The translations under genes and the position numbers were made by a program. Source: Mycolicibacterium smegmatis (GTDB lineage: Bacteria; Actinomycetota; Actinomycetes; Mycobacteriales; Mycobacteriaceae). Taken from it: a stretch of DNA of 32,000 nt. Below the pieces are notes generated by a model. That model worked only from the letters and a program-made list of their open reading frames with translations. It was not told the DNA's origin and made no database searches. This document shows, one piece after another, positions 1 to 10,059 of the stretch (position 1 is the first letter of the stretch; each line of letters starts with the position of its first letter). The stretch lies in contig NZ_LN831039.1 of the NCBI RefSeq assembly GCF_001457595.1, forward strand, positions 2,100,001 through 2,132,000, in the 5' to 3' direction.

Positions 1-554
1 GGTGCTGGTTTCATAAGCAGGCCAATGTTCTTGCTGCACTGCCGAAATCAGCGCACCCGTCGGCGCTGGCGGCGATCAAGGAGATCTACAACGCCGAGGA
101 TATCGACAAGGCCCAGATCGCGGTCAAGGCCTTCGAGGCCGACTTCGGCGCGAAGTATCCCAAGGCGGTCGCTAAGATCACCGACGACCTCGATGTGCTG
201 CTGGAATTCTACAAGTATCCGGCCGAACATTGGATTCATCTGCGAACGACGAATCCGATCGAATCCACCTTTGCCACAGTGCGTTTGAGGACCAAGGTCA
301 CCAAGGGGCCCGGATCACGAGCGGCCGGACTAGCGATGGCCTACAAGCTCATCGACGCCGCCGCGGCCCGCTGGCGTGCCGTCAACGCCCCACACCTGGT
401 CGCCCTGGTCCGCGCCGGCGCGGTCTTCCATAAAGGCAGACTGCTCGAACGACCCACCGACATCACCCCGCCAACATCGCCCTCAGACGGCGGTCAGCAC
501 GCCGGAACGGAGGTCGCCTGAAACACCCCGATCCACAGGTATTGACAATTCCTC
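1..554 (+). mobile_element. 3' portion of an IS256-family (IS6120-like) insertion sequence; the 5' part lies outside the window
   Basis: The visible transposase C-terminus appears identical to that of the full copy at 21910-23397. The element ends in the terminal inverted repeat ATCCACAGGTATTGACAATTCCTC (531-554), the same terminus as the full copy. Confidence 0.95.
3..521 (+). CDS. IS256-family transposase, C-terminal part (cut by window edge)
   Basis: Frame 3 reads CWFHKQANVLAALPKSAHPSALAAIKEIYNAEDIDKAQ...LLEFYKYPAEHWIHLRTTNPIESTFATVRLRT...TEVA*, the Mutator-type DDE transposase C-terminus. Confidence 0.95.
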   Translation, partial: CWFHKQANVLAALPKSAHPSALAAIKEIYNAEDIDKAQIAVKAFEADFGAKYPKAVAKITDDLDVLLEFYKYPAEHWIHLRTTNPIESTFATVRLRTKVTKGPGSRAAGLAMAYKLIDAAAARWRAVNAPHLVALVRAGAVFHKGRLLERPTDITPPTSPSDGGQHAGTEVA

Positions 555-992
555 CCCGTCGGACCAGATGCCCTTGTGTACCTGGCCGATGCTGGCCGAG
601 GCCACCGGCTTGTCGTCGAACGACGAGAACCGGTCGCGCCACTTGGTGCCCAGCTGCGCGTCAAGCACGCGGTGCACCTTGGCCGCAGGAAGTGGGGGAG
701 CGTCCTTCTGGAGTTTGGTGAGTGCCTCGCGGTACGGCTTGCCGTACTGCTCGGGGATGGCGGCCTCCATCACCGACAGCGCCTGGCCGACCTTCATCGC
801 GCCGCCTTTGAGTTCGCCGAGGACGGTGAACAGTTGCTGAGCAGCCTTGTCCATCAGCTCGGCAGTGACTTCATCCTTCGACTTGCCGGTAAGGCGTTTG
901 CCAAAGCCAAGTGCAGCCCGGCCGGCCATGCCGCCGGCGAGCCCGGCGAGCTTCGCGTTGCGAGCTACGCTTCCCCGTTTGATGTCAGACAC
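555..992 (-). pseudogene. ABC1/AarF/UbiB-family atypical kinase (Rv3197-like), 5' part only, interrupted by the IS element
   Basis: GTG start at 992 gives VSDIKRGSVARNAKLAGLAGGMAGRAALGFGKRLTGKSKDEV...KGGAMKVGQALS...ASASIGQVHKGIWSDG. It then runs into IS sequence (EELSIPVDRG...), so the kinase core is separated. Confidence 0.88.
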
Positions 993-1049
993 CAGACCAT
1001 CATCCACGACTCGGCCGAATACCCCGCAACCAACTGGCAACACTTGTTT

Positions 1050-1889
1050 TCAACATTGGCAATCCGGGTGCCGTGACCAGCGGCGGAAGCTCATCGAGTA
1101 GCCGTCGGCGGTCAGTTCGAGCGTGGTGTCCAGGGTCGCGGGCGGCTCCGGGGGATCGTCTGGCCCGGCGGTGCCGTTGACCGCGCGGATCACCAGCTCG
1201 ACCTGCCGCAGCGCGAGCGCTGCGGTGGCCAGGATGGTGGCGCGGCTGGCGCTGCCGACGGTCCCGCGTAGCTGCGCCGCGAGCGCGGGCCACGCGGCAT
1301 CACGGTCGGCACGGTGCAGGTCGGCGCAGTGCAGACAGCTGGTGACGCCCGGGATCACCAGCGGGCCCACCAGTCCGGTCCCGTCGCGCACGCGCACCGG
1401 TAGGTGTGCGATGCGGCCGCGGTGCAGTTCCCGCACGATGCGGGGTTCGGTGACCAGCTCGTCGGCCAGCACCACCAGGTCGGTGCCGGGTCGCGGGGTC
1501 GCGTAGGACTCGGCGGTGTGCTGAAGCCGCGCACCCGAGCGGCGCAGGGAGCCGGCCAGCAGTTCCGACAGCGGTCCGCGTCCGTGGATGCGGATGGTCG
1601 CGGTACGCGCGGGCCTGCCCGATCGGCGCACCAGGACCCCGGCGGAGTCCAAGGCGGCGAGGACGTCATCGACAAGTGCCGGGTCCCCGAATTGCTCGGT
1701 GGCCGAGCGCAGTTGCTCGATGCTGCGACCGGTCTGCAGGGCGTGCAGCAGATCGGTCAGCTGGGTGGGCGTCATCCCGTCGGGTGGCCGCACACGGACC
1801 GCGGTGCGCGGATCCCACCCGATCTGCACCGCGCCGTCGGGCCGCAGCAGCACCGGACGATCGGGAGTGAGCGTGAACCGTGCGGTCAT
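1050..1889 (-). CDS. Conserved hypothetical protein (Rv3196-like, possibly cyclodehydratase/ThiF-related)
   Basis: Intact 279-aa ORF MTARFTLTPDRPVLLRPDGAVQIGWDPRTAVRVRPPDG..., located between the ABC1 kinase and protease-like genes as in other mycobacteria. Confidence 0.8.
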   Translation of the reverse strand: MTARFTLTPDRPVLLRPDGAVQIGWDPRTAVRVRPPDGMTPTQLTDLLHALQTGRSIEQLRSATEQFGDPALVDDVLAALDSAGVLVRRSGRPARTATIRIHGRGPLSELLAGSLRRSGARLQHTAESYATPRPGTDLVVLADELVTEPRIVRELHRGRIAHLPVRVRDGTGLVGPLVIPGVTSCLHCADLHRADRDAAWPALAAQLRGTVGSASRATILATAALALRQVELVIRAVNGTAGPDDPPEPPATLDTTLELTADGYSMSFRRWSRHPDCQC

Positions 1890-1946
1890 TGATCGACCCT
1901 GCCACGGTTCGAAGGCCTCGGATCTCAGTTATCCACAGGCAAGTGA

Positions 1947-3356
1947 TCAGGACTTGTCGTCCCCGGCGCCCTCGGTGCCGCTGTCGCCCTCTTGCGGCGG
2001 GTCGTTCTTCTGCAGGTCGGCGATCGCCTGGTCGATGGCGTCGTCGATCCCGCTCGTGTCGCCGCCGATCATGCGGTCGATGAACCCGGCCGGCTCGTCG
2101 AGATCGGACGCGCTGGGCAGCAGGTCCGGGTGCTGCCACACGCTGTCACGCGCGTCGGCGCCGACGGCCTCGGTCAGCCGCTCCCACAGCACGGCGGCCT
2201 CGCGCATCTTGCGGGGACGCAGTTCCAGCCCGACGAGCGTGGCGAAGGTCTGCTCGGCCGGTCCGCCGGTGGCGCGCCGGCGACGCATGGTCTCGGCCAT
2301 CGCCGACGTCCCGGGAATGCGCTCACCCAGCGCGCCGGAGACGACGGTCTGCACCCAGCCCTCGACGAGCGCCAGCAGCGTCTCGAGGCGTTCGAGCGCG
2401 GCCTCCTGCTCCGGGGTGGCCTTGGGTTCGAAGATGCCCTGGTTGAGCAGCTGCTCCATCTCCGACGGGTCGCTCAGCGACGCCGGGTTGAAGCCGCGTG
2501 CGAAGTCCTCGATGCCGGACATGTCGACCTTCATGCCTTTGGCGAAGGCCTCGACCGCACCCAGCAGCTGGCTCGACAGCCACGGGACGTGGCTGAACAG
2601 GCGGTGGTGTGCGGCCTCGCGCGCCGCGAGGAACGTCAGGATCTCGCTGCGGGGACGCTCGAGTCCCTCGGCGAACGCCTCGATGGCCTCCGGCAGCAGC
2701 GCCGCGACGCCCTTGGGGCCCAACGGAAGCCCGATGTCGGTGGAGGTCAGCACCTCTCGCGAGAGCTTGCCCAGCGCCTGACCCAGCTGTGAGCCGAACG
2801 CCATGCCGCCCATCTGCGACATCATCGCCAGCAGCGGGCCCGCCATGGCCTTGGCCTCTTCGGGCAGCGCCGCGGTCCACATCGTCGACACCTGCTCGGC
2901 GACCGGGTCGCACAACCGCTTCCAGGTCTCCATGGTGTTGTCCAGCCAATCGCTGGGCGTCCAGGCCACGGTGCGGGTGGTCCCGGCGGGCAGCGGGGTC
3001 ACACCGTCCAGCCACGTCTCGGCGAGCCGGACGGCGTCGGCCACCGCACCCGCGGTCTTCTCGGGCACCGGTGCGACGAACCCGATCGAGCTGTTGGCGA
3101 GTTGGCGGGCCAGGTCGTAGTTGACGGGGCCGGACTGTTTGCCGCCGGCCATCGCACTGCCGGCTCCGCTGAACATCTCACCGAGCTTGGTGAAGATCTG
3201 CCCGAGGTCGCCCATGTCGAAGCCGGCTCCGCCCATGCCCAAGCCGAACGGGTCCGACCCGGGGTTGCCGGAGCCGGAACCGGAGTCCGGGTCCTTCTTG
3301 TTCTTGTCTCGGTCCGGGTCGTCCCCGGCGGAGAAGCCGAAGGGCAGGTCAGCCAT
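1947..3356 (-). CDS. Zinc-dependent metalloprotease-like protein (Rv3195-like)
   Basis: MADLPFGFSAGDDPDRDKNKK... with an acidic/Gly-rich N-terminus. The family pattern (FNPASLSDPSEMEQLLNQGIFEPKATPEQEAALERLETLLALVEGWVQTVV) is typical of the actinobacterial 'zinc-dependent metalloprotease' family. Confidence 0.82.
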   Translation of the reverse strand: MADLPFGFSAGDDPDRDKNKKDPDSGSGSGNPGSDPFGLGMGGAGFDMGDLGQIFTKLGEMFSGAGSAMAGGKQSGPVNYDLARQLANSSIGFVAPVPEKTAGAVADAVRLAETWLDGVTPLPAGTTRTVAWTPSDWLDNTMETWKRLCDPVAEQVSTMWTAALPEEAKAMAGPLLAMMSQMGGMAFGSQLGQALGKLSREVLTSTDIGLPLGPKGVAALLPEAIEAFAEGLERPRSEILTFLAAREAAHHRLFSHVPWLSSQLLGAVEAFAKGMKVDMSGIEDFARGFNPASLSDPSEMEQLLNQGIFEPKATPEQEAALERLETLLALVEGWVQTVVSGALGERIPGTSAMAETMRRRRATGGPAEQTFATLVGLELRPRKMREAAVLWERLTEAVGADARDSVWQHPDLLPSASDLDEPAGFIDRMIGGDTSGIDDAIDQAIADLQKNDPPQEGDSGTEGAGDDKS

Positions 3357-3472
3357 ACCTGCAACCGTACTCATGACATCGAAGCCGCGTACGGGGGCGG
3401 GTCACGCTGTCAGTGAACACCGTGAGGAGCACGGTCAGCCACCATTGCGGCGCAGGCCTTACTGTGAACGGC

Positions 3473-4501
3473 GTGAACAGGCGGATTTTGACGCTGCTGG
3501 TTGCGTTGGTGCCGGTCGTGGCGTTCGGCGTGCTGCTGTCGGTGGTGCAGGTGCCCTTCGTTTCCCTGGGCCCCGGTCCGACGTTCAACACCCTCGGCGA
3601 GATCGACGGCAAACAGGTCGTCGACATCGAGGGGCCCGATGCGACGGTCCACCCCACGTCGGGGCATCTCAACATGACCACGGTGTCCCAGCGCGACGGC
3701 CTGACCCTGGGCCAGGCGATCACGCTGTGGATGTCCGGCCGCGAACAGCTCGTGCCGCGCGACCTGGTGTACCCGCCGGACAAGTCCAAGGACGAAATCG
3801 ACGAGGCGAACACCGCCGACTTCAAGAACTCCGAGGACAGTGCCGAGTACGCCGCGCTGTCCTTTCTCAAGTACCCCATGGCGGTGACGGTGCAGAACGT
3901 CACCGACCCCGGCCCGTCGGCGGGCAAGCTGCAGGACGGCGACGCCATCGACGGCGTCAACGGCAAGCCCGTGGCCAACCTCGACGAGTTCCAGGCGCTG
4001 CTCAAGGAGACCAAGCCCGGCGACAAGCTCGTCATCGACTACCGCCGCAAGAACGCCCCGCCGGGGGAGGCCACCATCACCCTCGGCGACAACCCTGACC
4101 GCGACTACGGCTATCTGGGCATCGCGGTGCTCGACGCGCCGTGGGCGCCGTTCGACATCGAGTTCAACCTCGCCAACATCGGCGGCCCGTCGGCGGGCCT
4201 GATGTTCAGCCTCGCCGTCGTCGACAAACTGACCACCGGCGATCTCAACGACGGCAAGTTCATCGCGGGCACCGGCACCATCAGCGGTGACGGCAAGGTC
4301 GGCTCCATCGGCGGCATCACCCACAAGATGCTGGCGGCCAGCGAGGCCGGAGCCGAGGTGTTCCTGGTGCCCGCCGACAACTGCACCGAGGCCCGCTCGG
4401 CGCCGCGGGACGGCCTCGAGCTGGTGAAGGTCGAGACCCTTGAAGGGGCCGTCGACGCGCTCAAGACGATTTCCGCTGGTGGCGAACCTCCACGGTGCTG
4501 A
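3473..4501 (+). CDS. PDZ domain / YlbL-like S16 (Lon-type) protease, Rv3194c-like; an alternative in-frame start is at 3413
   Basis: MNRRILTLLVALVPVVAFGVLLSVVQVPFVSLGPGPTFNTLG... with a central PDZ region and the S16 catalytic region GGPSAGLMFSLAVVDKLTTGDL. Confidence 0.88.
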   Translation: MNRRILTLLVALVPVVAFGVLLSVVQVPFVSLGPGPTFNTLGEIDGKQVVDIEGPDATVHPTSGHLNMTTVSQRDGLTLGQAITLWMSGREQLVPRDLVYPPDKSKDEIDEANTADFKNSEDSAEYAALSFLKYPMAVTVQNVTDPGPSAGKLQDGDAIDGVNGKPVANLDEFQALLKETKPGDKLVIDYRRKNAPPGEATITLGDNPDRDYGYLGIAVLDAPWAPFDIEFNLANIGGPSAGLMFSLAVVDKLTTGDLNDGKFIAGTGTISGDGKVGSIGGITHKMLAASEAGAEVFLVPADNCTEARSAPRDGLELVKVETLEGAVDALKTISAGGEPPRC

Positions 4502-4597
4502 GCCGCCGATCACAGCCCAATGACTAGAGTTGTACGAAATCGGGCGTCACACCTGGGCAGCCCCGAAAATCGCCGAACCTGAGACTGGAGTTGACGA

Positions 4598-7500
4598 GTG
4601 GGTATGCGGCCGACGGCAAGGATGCCGAAGCTGACGCGACGTAGTCGGGTCTTGATTGCTTTCGCGCTGGTGGCGGTGTTGCTGTTGCTGCTCGGGCCGC
4701 GGCTGATCGACACCTACGTCGACTGGCTGTGGTTCGGCGAACTCGGCTACCGCTCGGTGTTCACCACGGTGCTGGCCACCCGCCTGATCGTGTTCGTGGT
4801 CGTGGCGCTGGCGATCGGAGCCATCGTGTTCGCCGGTCTGGCACTGGCGTACCGGACCCGGCCGGTGTTCGTGCCGACCGCCGGCCCCAACGACCCGGTG
4901 GCGCGCTACCGCACGACGGTGATGGCGCGCCTGCGGCTGTTCGGTATCGGCGTCCCGGTGTTCATCGGGCTGCTGGCAGGCATCGTCGCGCAGAGCTACT
5001 GGGTGAAGATCCAGTTGTTCCTGCACGGCGGCGATTTCGGTATCACCGACCCCGAATTCGGCAAGGACCTCGGGTTCTACGCGTTCGATCTGCCGTTCTA
5101 CCGTCTGGTGCTGACGTACCTGTTCGTGGCGACGTTCCTGGCGTTCGTCGCGAACCTGTTGGGGCACTACCTTTTCGGCGGTATCCGTCTGACCGGGCGG
5201 GTCGGCGCGCTCAGCCGCGCCGCGCGCATCCAGTTGATCAGCCTCGCGGGCACGCTCATCGTGCTCAAGGCGTTCGCGTACTGGCTGGACCGCTACGAAC
5301 TGCTCAGCAACGATCGCTCGGCCAAGCCGTTCACGGGCGCGGGCTACACCGACATCAACGCCGTACTGCCGGCCAAGCTGATCATGCTCGCGATCGCGGT
5401 GATCTGCGCCGTGGCCGTGTTCTCCGCACTCGTGCTGCGGGACTTGCGCATTCCGGCCATCGGCGTGGCGTTGCTGCTGCTCAGCTCGCTGGTGGTGGGC
5501 GCGGGTTGGCCGCTGATCGTCGAGCAGTTCAGCGTCAAGCCCAACGCCGCGCAGAAGGAAGCCGAGTACATCAGCCGCAGTATCGAGGCGACCCGGCACG
5601 CCTACGGGCTCACCGATGAGACGGTGACCTACCGCAACTACGAGAACACCGGCCAGACCACCGCGGCTCAGGTCGCCGCCGACCGGGCGACCACGTCGAA
5701 CATCCGACTGCTCGACCCCACGATCGTCAGCCCCGCGTTCACCCAGTTCCAGCAGGGCAAGAACTTCTACTACTTCCCGGATCAGCTGTCCATCGACCGC
5801 TACATCGGCCCGGACGGCAACCTGCGCGATTACGTGGTGGCCGCGCGTGAACTCAACCCGGACCGGTTGATCGACAACCAGCGCGACTGGATCAACCGCC
5901 ACACCGTGTACACCCACGGCAACGGGTTCATCGCCTCACCGGCCAACACCGTGCGCGGTGTCGCCAACGACCCCAACCAGAACGGTGGTTACCCCGAGTT
6001 CCTCGCCAGCGTGGTCGGCGCGAACGGCAGCGTGATCTCGCCCGGACCGGCCCCGCTGGACCAGCCGCGCATCTACTTCGGCCCGGTCATCTCGAACACG
6101 CCCGCGGACTACGCGATCGTCGGCAAGACCGGTGACACCGACCGCGAGTACGACTACGAGACCAACACCGAGACCAAGAACTACACCTACGGCGGCAAGG
6201 GCGGTGTGCCGATCGGCAACTGGCTCAACCGCAGCGTGTTCGCCGCGAAGTTCGCCGAGCGGAACTTCCTGTTCTCCAACGTGATCGGCGAGAACAGCAA
6301 GATCCTGTTCAATCGCGACCCCGCCGAGCGCGTCGAGGCCGTCGCGCCGTGGCTGACCACAGACACCAGCGTGTATCCGGCCATCGTCAACAAGCGAATG
6401 GTGTGGATCGTCGACGGCTACACCACGCTGGACAACTACCCGTACTCGGAGTTGACGACGCTGTCGAGCGCGACCGCCGACTCCAACGAGGTGGCCGTCA
6501 ACCGGTTGGCGCCGGACAAGAAGGTGTCCTACATCCGCAACTCGGTGAAGGCCACCGTCGACGCCTACGACGGCACGGTCACGCTGTACGCGCAGGACGA
6601 GAACGATCCCGTGCTCAAGGCGTGGATGGACGTGTTCCCCGGAACGGTGAAGCCCAAAGCCGACATCACCCCGGAACTGCAGGCGCACCTGCGTTACCCC
6701 GAGGACCTGTTCAAGGTGCAGCGGGCCCTGCTCGCCAAGTACCACGTGGACAACCCCGTGACGTTCTTCTCGGCGCAGGACTTCTGGGACGTGCCGCTGG
6801 ATCCGAACCCGACGGCCAGCAGCTTCCAGCCGCCGTACTACATCGTCGCGAAAGACCTTGTGAAGAACGACAACTCGGCGTCGTTCCAGCTGACCAGTGC
6901 GCTGAACCGCTTCCAGCGCGACTTCCTGGCGGCCTATGTCAGTGCGAGCTCGGACCCCGAGACCTACGGCAAGCTCACGGTGCTGACCATCCCCGGTCAG
7001 GTCAACGGTCCCAAGCTGGCGTTCAACGCGATCAGTACCGACACCGCGGTCAGCCAGGACCTGGGTGTGATCGGTCGTGACAACCAGAACCGCATCCGCT
7101 GGGGCAACCTGCTCACGCTGCCGGTGGCCGACGGTGGCCTGCTCTACGTCGCACCGGTTTACGCCTCGCCGGGGTCCAGCGACGCCGCGTCGTCGTACCC
7201 GCGCCTCATCCGCGTGGCGATGCTGTACAACGACCGCGTCGGTTACGGTCCGACGGTCAGCGACGCCCTGACCGAACTGTTCGGTCCGGGCGCCGGTGCC
7301 ACCGCCACCGATGTCGCACCGGCAGAGGGTAGGCCGGCGCAGTCCACACCGAACGGGCAGCAGCCTGCCGCGTCACCGCCGCCTGCCGCCAATGCCGACG
7401 GCCGTCCGGCGCAGGCTCCGCCGCCTCCGTCGGCGGCAACGCCGACCGGGCCCGTGCAGATCTCGCAGGCCAAGGCCGAAGCGCTGCAGGACCTGGAGTC

Positions 7501-7609
7501 GGCACTCACGGCCGCGCAGGAGGCCCAGCGCAGCGGTGACTTCGCCGAGTACGGTCAGGCGTTGCAGCGTCTGAACGACGCGATGAAGAAGTACGACTCC
7601 GCGAAGTAG
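4598..7609 (+). CDS. UPF0182 family multi-pass membrane protein (Rv3193c-like)
   Basis: 1003-aa ORF with several N-terminal hydrophobic segments, then the conserved UPF0182 ectodomain ([52 protein letters not shown]). Confidence 0.93.
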
Positions 7610-7620
7610 CTCTTCTCGCG

Positions 7621-7674
7621 AGAAGACACAAACCTGCCCTTTTCCACGCGAAAAGCGGCAGGTTTGTGTCTTTT
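7621..7674. terminator. Strong, probably bidirectional intrinsic-terminator-like hairpin
   Basis: AGAAGACACAAACCTGCC (7621-7638) pairs with GGCAGGTTTGTGTCTTTT (7657-7674), 18 positions including one G-U. The inner CTTTTC/GAAAAG extends the stem. It lies 11 nt after the UPF0182 stop. Confidence 0.75.
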
Positions 7675-7783
7675 CGCCCCTCAAAACGGGTTCGCCCGTC
7701 TCGGATATTGGTGCGCCATCGGGGCCCTCCGGTGGGTGAGAATTGACCGATACTCACTGACGGGCGGATTGGGGGAGTCGCTG

Positions 7784-8311
7784 ATGGCAGTGACGATCTC
7801 GCAGGTGCTCGCCAGCCGCCCTGCGCAACTGGCAGCAGCCGCCGCCGAGGTGGGCGCGGCGGCGAATGACCTCGGCAACCAGATCGCCCGTGAGCGCTTG
7901 CAGCTGACCAGGTTGGCTTCGGACTGGCGCGGCAGTGCGTCCGACACCGCACAGACACACGCCAACGAGATGTTCGGCGATCAGGAGCTCTACCGCGACC
8001 GGCTCACGTCCCTGCAGACGGCGATGGCTTCCGGTGGCGCAACGCTCGACGGCATCCGCACCTGGTTGTCGCAGCTGGTCTCGAGTCCGGAGGCGGACCT
8101 GTTCGACATCTCCGACGACGGCCGTGTCGCCCTGGGCTGGCGGCTGAAATTGCTTGTCGCGGCCTATCCCGTGCTGGCGATGAAATGGGGGATGCGGCGC
8201 CTGGCGCTGCAGACCGCCATCCAGACCGTATTGGCCGAATTCGACGCGGCGGACAAGGCGACGGCCGACAAGATGAACCGGATCCAGCAGGGGCTCGTGG
8301 GACATGGGTGA
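7784..8311 (+). CDS. WXG100-like helical protein, putative type VII secretion partner
   Basis: MAVTISQVLASRPAQLAAAAAEVGAAANDLGNQIARERLQLTRLASDWRGSASDTAQTHANEMF: helical with a central W-x-G motif (DWRGSAS). It overlaps the next gene by 8 nt. Confidence 0.72.
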   Translation: MAVTISQVLASRPAQLAAAAAEVGAAANDLGNQIARERLQLTRLASDWRGSASDTAQTHANEMFGDQELYRDRLTSLQTAMASGGATLDGIRTWLSQLVSSPEADLFDISDDGRVALGWRLKLLVAAYPVLAMKWGMRRLALQTAIQTVLAEFDAADKATADKMNRIQQGLVGHG

Positions 8312-9479
8312 CCCGACTCTCGACGTCGACGAGCAGACCATGCGCGACACCGCGTCGGTGTTCGACGAAACGGGCCGCGGTGTCAGCGGCAATCAGGCCG
8401 GACCGGCCATTTCCGGTGCGGCCGGGGCGATGCCCGCACTGGCGGTCGGCGCGGCGTGCGGGACAGTCGGGTTCGCCCTCACCGAGCAGGCGAAGCAGCT
8501 GGGGAGTGATGTGACGGTGTACGCGCAGAAGCTGCGGGTGGCCGCCGACCGCTACGAGCGCGGTGATGAGGAGGCGGCCGAACGGATCGATTTCGCCGGG
8601 ACAGCAGAGCTGCCCGACGCCGGCGAGCATCCCCCGGTGAGTGATTACGAGCAGGCGCTGCGTGATGCCGGGCTCCTCACCGGCCCGGTGGTACCCGGAT
8701 CCAGATACGCCCAGTGGCTTGAGAATGCGTCCAAGAACGGCGTGGCGCCGCAGACCATCGTCGACATCGCTCGCACACACAACATCACGCCGCAATCGTT
8801 CGACGTGCTCAACGGTCTGCAGGAGGTCAAGGACGAAGACGGCAAATCGTTCTTCATCCTGCCGTCCGGCACCAGCAAGGAAGACGCGAAGAAAGCGGTG
8901 GTGATGACCTACATCCTCAACGCCGGAACCGACTACGAAGCCGCCGAGGCCGGACGTGACGGAGTATTGGGCACCGCAGATGATGTCCAGAACGATTTCG
9001 AGGAAACGCCCTACTCGGCCGCCGAGGTGCAGCGCATCATCGATCGGCAGAACGCGAACTCCTGGAGTTACGACCAGATTTTCGACAAGGGCGGCGGGGG
9101 ATCATTGGCGACGACACCCAACGGCATGCTGATGGGGCTGGGAGGGCCGGTGATGGACACGATCGGTGTCCACGGCGGGACGACGTACGGTGACGTGTTC
9201 GTGGTCAACATCGACGGGTCCGAGGATCCGGCAGAGCAGCTGACAACGATCATCGAATCAGGCTCCAACTGGTACATGCGCGACGACGGTCAGTTGGTCC
9301 AGGGCCGCCTCGACCTGGATCGTCTGTTGCATCACGAGGAGCGTCATTCCCAGCAGTGGGCGCAGAAGGGATTCGTCCGGATGGCAAGGGATTACGGGCT
9401 GGGCGCGCTCATCGAAAAGCGGACGGGTGTGAATCCGCTGGAACGCGACGCCGGCTTGTCGGACGGGGGTTACGCGTGA
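8304..9479 (+). CDS. Putative type VII-secreted effector with N-terminal helical bundle and C-terminal HHEERH metallopeptidase-like motif
   Basis: The N-terminal helical region ends in a YxxxD signal (YERGDEEAAERID). The C-terminus carries DLDRLLHHEERHSQQWAQKGFVRMARDYG. Start and stop overlap both neighbours. Confidence 0.65.
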   Translation: MGDPTLDVDEQTMRDTASVFDETGRGVSGNQAGPAISGAAGAMPALAVGAACGTVGFALTEQAKQLGSDVTVYAQKLRVAADRYERGDEEAAERIDFAGTAELPDAGEHPPVSDYEQALRDAGLLTGPVVPGSRYAQWLENASKNGVAPQTIVDIARTHNITPQSFDVLNGLQEVKDEDGKSFFILPSGTSKEDAKKAVVMTYILNAGTDYEAAEAGRDGVLGTADDVQNDFEETPYSAAEVQRIIDRQNANSWSYDQIFDKGGGGSLATTPNGMLMGLGGPVMDTIGVHGGTTYGDVFVVNIDGSEDPAEQLTTIIESGSNWYMRDDGQLVQGRLDLDRLLHHEERHSQQWAQKGFVRMARDYGLGALIEKRTGVNPLERDAGLSDGGYA

Positions 9480-10021
9480 GGTTCTGGCTGGCCGTGTTGT
9501 CGGCACTGGTGCTGGCCGTGGGCCTTGTGGCGTGTGATACCGATGACGACGGATGGAATCCGGAAGCGCAGTTCGCCCCGGTGAAGCGTCCGGCGTTCGG
9601 TGCCCGGGAGACCGACGGCAAGCTGGTGATCTGGGTGCCGCCGGGTTGTGTCGGGGTGTGGTCGGTGAAGCTCATGTTCGGGCTGAGTGGGCCGGATCTG
9701 GTGTTGACCCCCACGGTCGGCACGGTGTCGTTTGACCGGTTCACCGTGGGCGGTCCGTACCCTCCGGGGATGGCCGTGACGAAAGCTCCTCCGCCCGATT
9801 TCGATTGGCGCACAGTCGATACGCTGCACCTCGATGTCGGGACTACTCCGGGAGGTTTTCCATCGACCTCGGTCGTGGCCGACATCGTCGAGAGTTCGGG
9901 TGATCACCCGGACAATACGTTCTTCTTCGACGGGGTCGGTTGGCTCGATCCCGAAGGGGTCGCTGCGCGGATAGGCAACGACTTCGAGGGCGTGTGCACC
10001 CCGCAGGAGACGCGAGGATAA
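9476..10021 (+). CDS. Putative secreted lipoprotein, candidate immunity/partner protein
   Basis: GTG start overlaps the preceding TGA (GTGA). It encodes VRFWLAVLSALVLAVGLVACDTDDDG with a signal peptide and lipobox LVAC. Confidence 0.75.
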   Translation: MRFWLAVLSALVLAVGLVACDTDDDGWNPEAQFAPVKRPAFGARETDGKLVIWVPPGCVGVWSVKLMFGLSGPDLVLTPTVGTVSFDRFTVGGPYPPGMAVTKAPPPDFDWRTVDTLHLDVGTTPGGFPSTSVVADIVESSGDHPDNTFFFDGVGWLDPEGVAARIGNDFEGVCTPQETRG

Positions 10022-10059
10022 TGCTCGTCGTAGCGGGCACGGGCATTTAAGCTGCGTCG

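Noticed and set aside
483-554. C-terminal tail EELSIPVDRGVSGDLRSGVLTAV of the ABC1 ORF, also seen in ORF 21577-21981
   Set aside because: It is IS terminal sequence read through from the disrupted genes, not a shared protein domain.
4547-5917. 456-aa minus-strand ORF
   Set aside because: It is antisense to the UPF0182 membrane protein gene and shows shadow-ORF composition.
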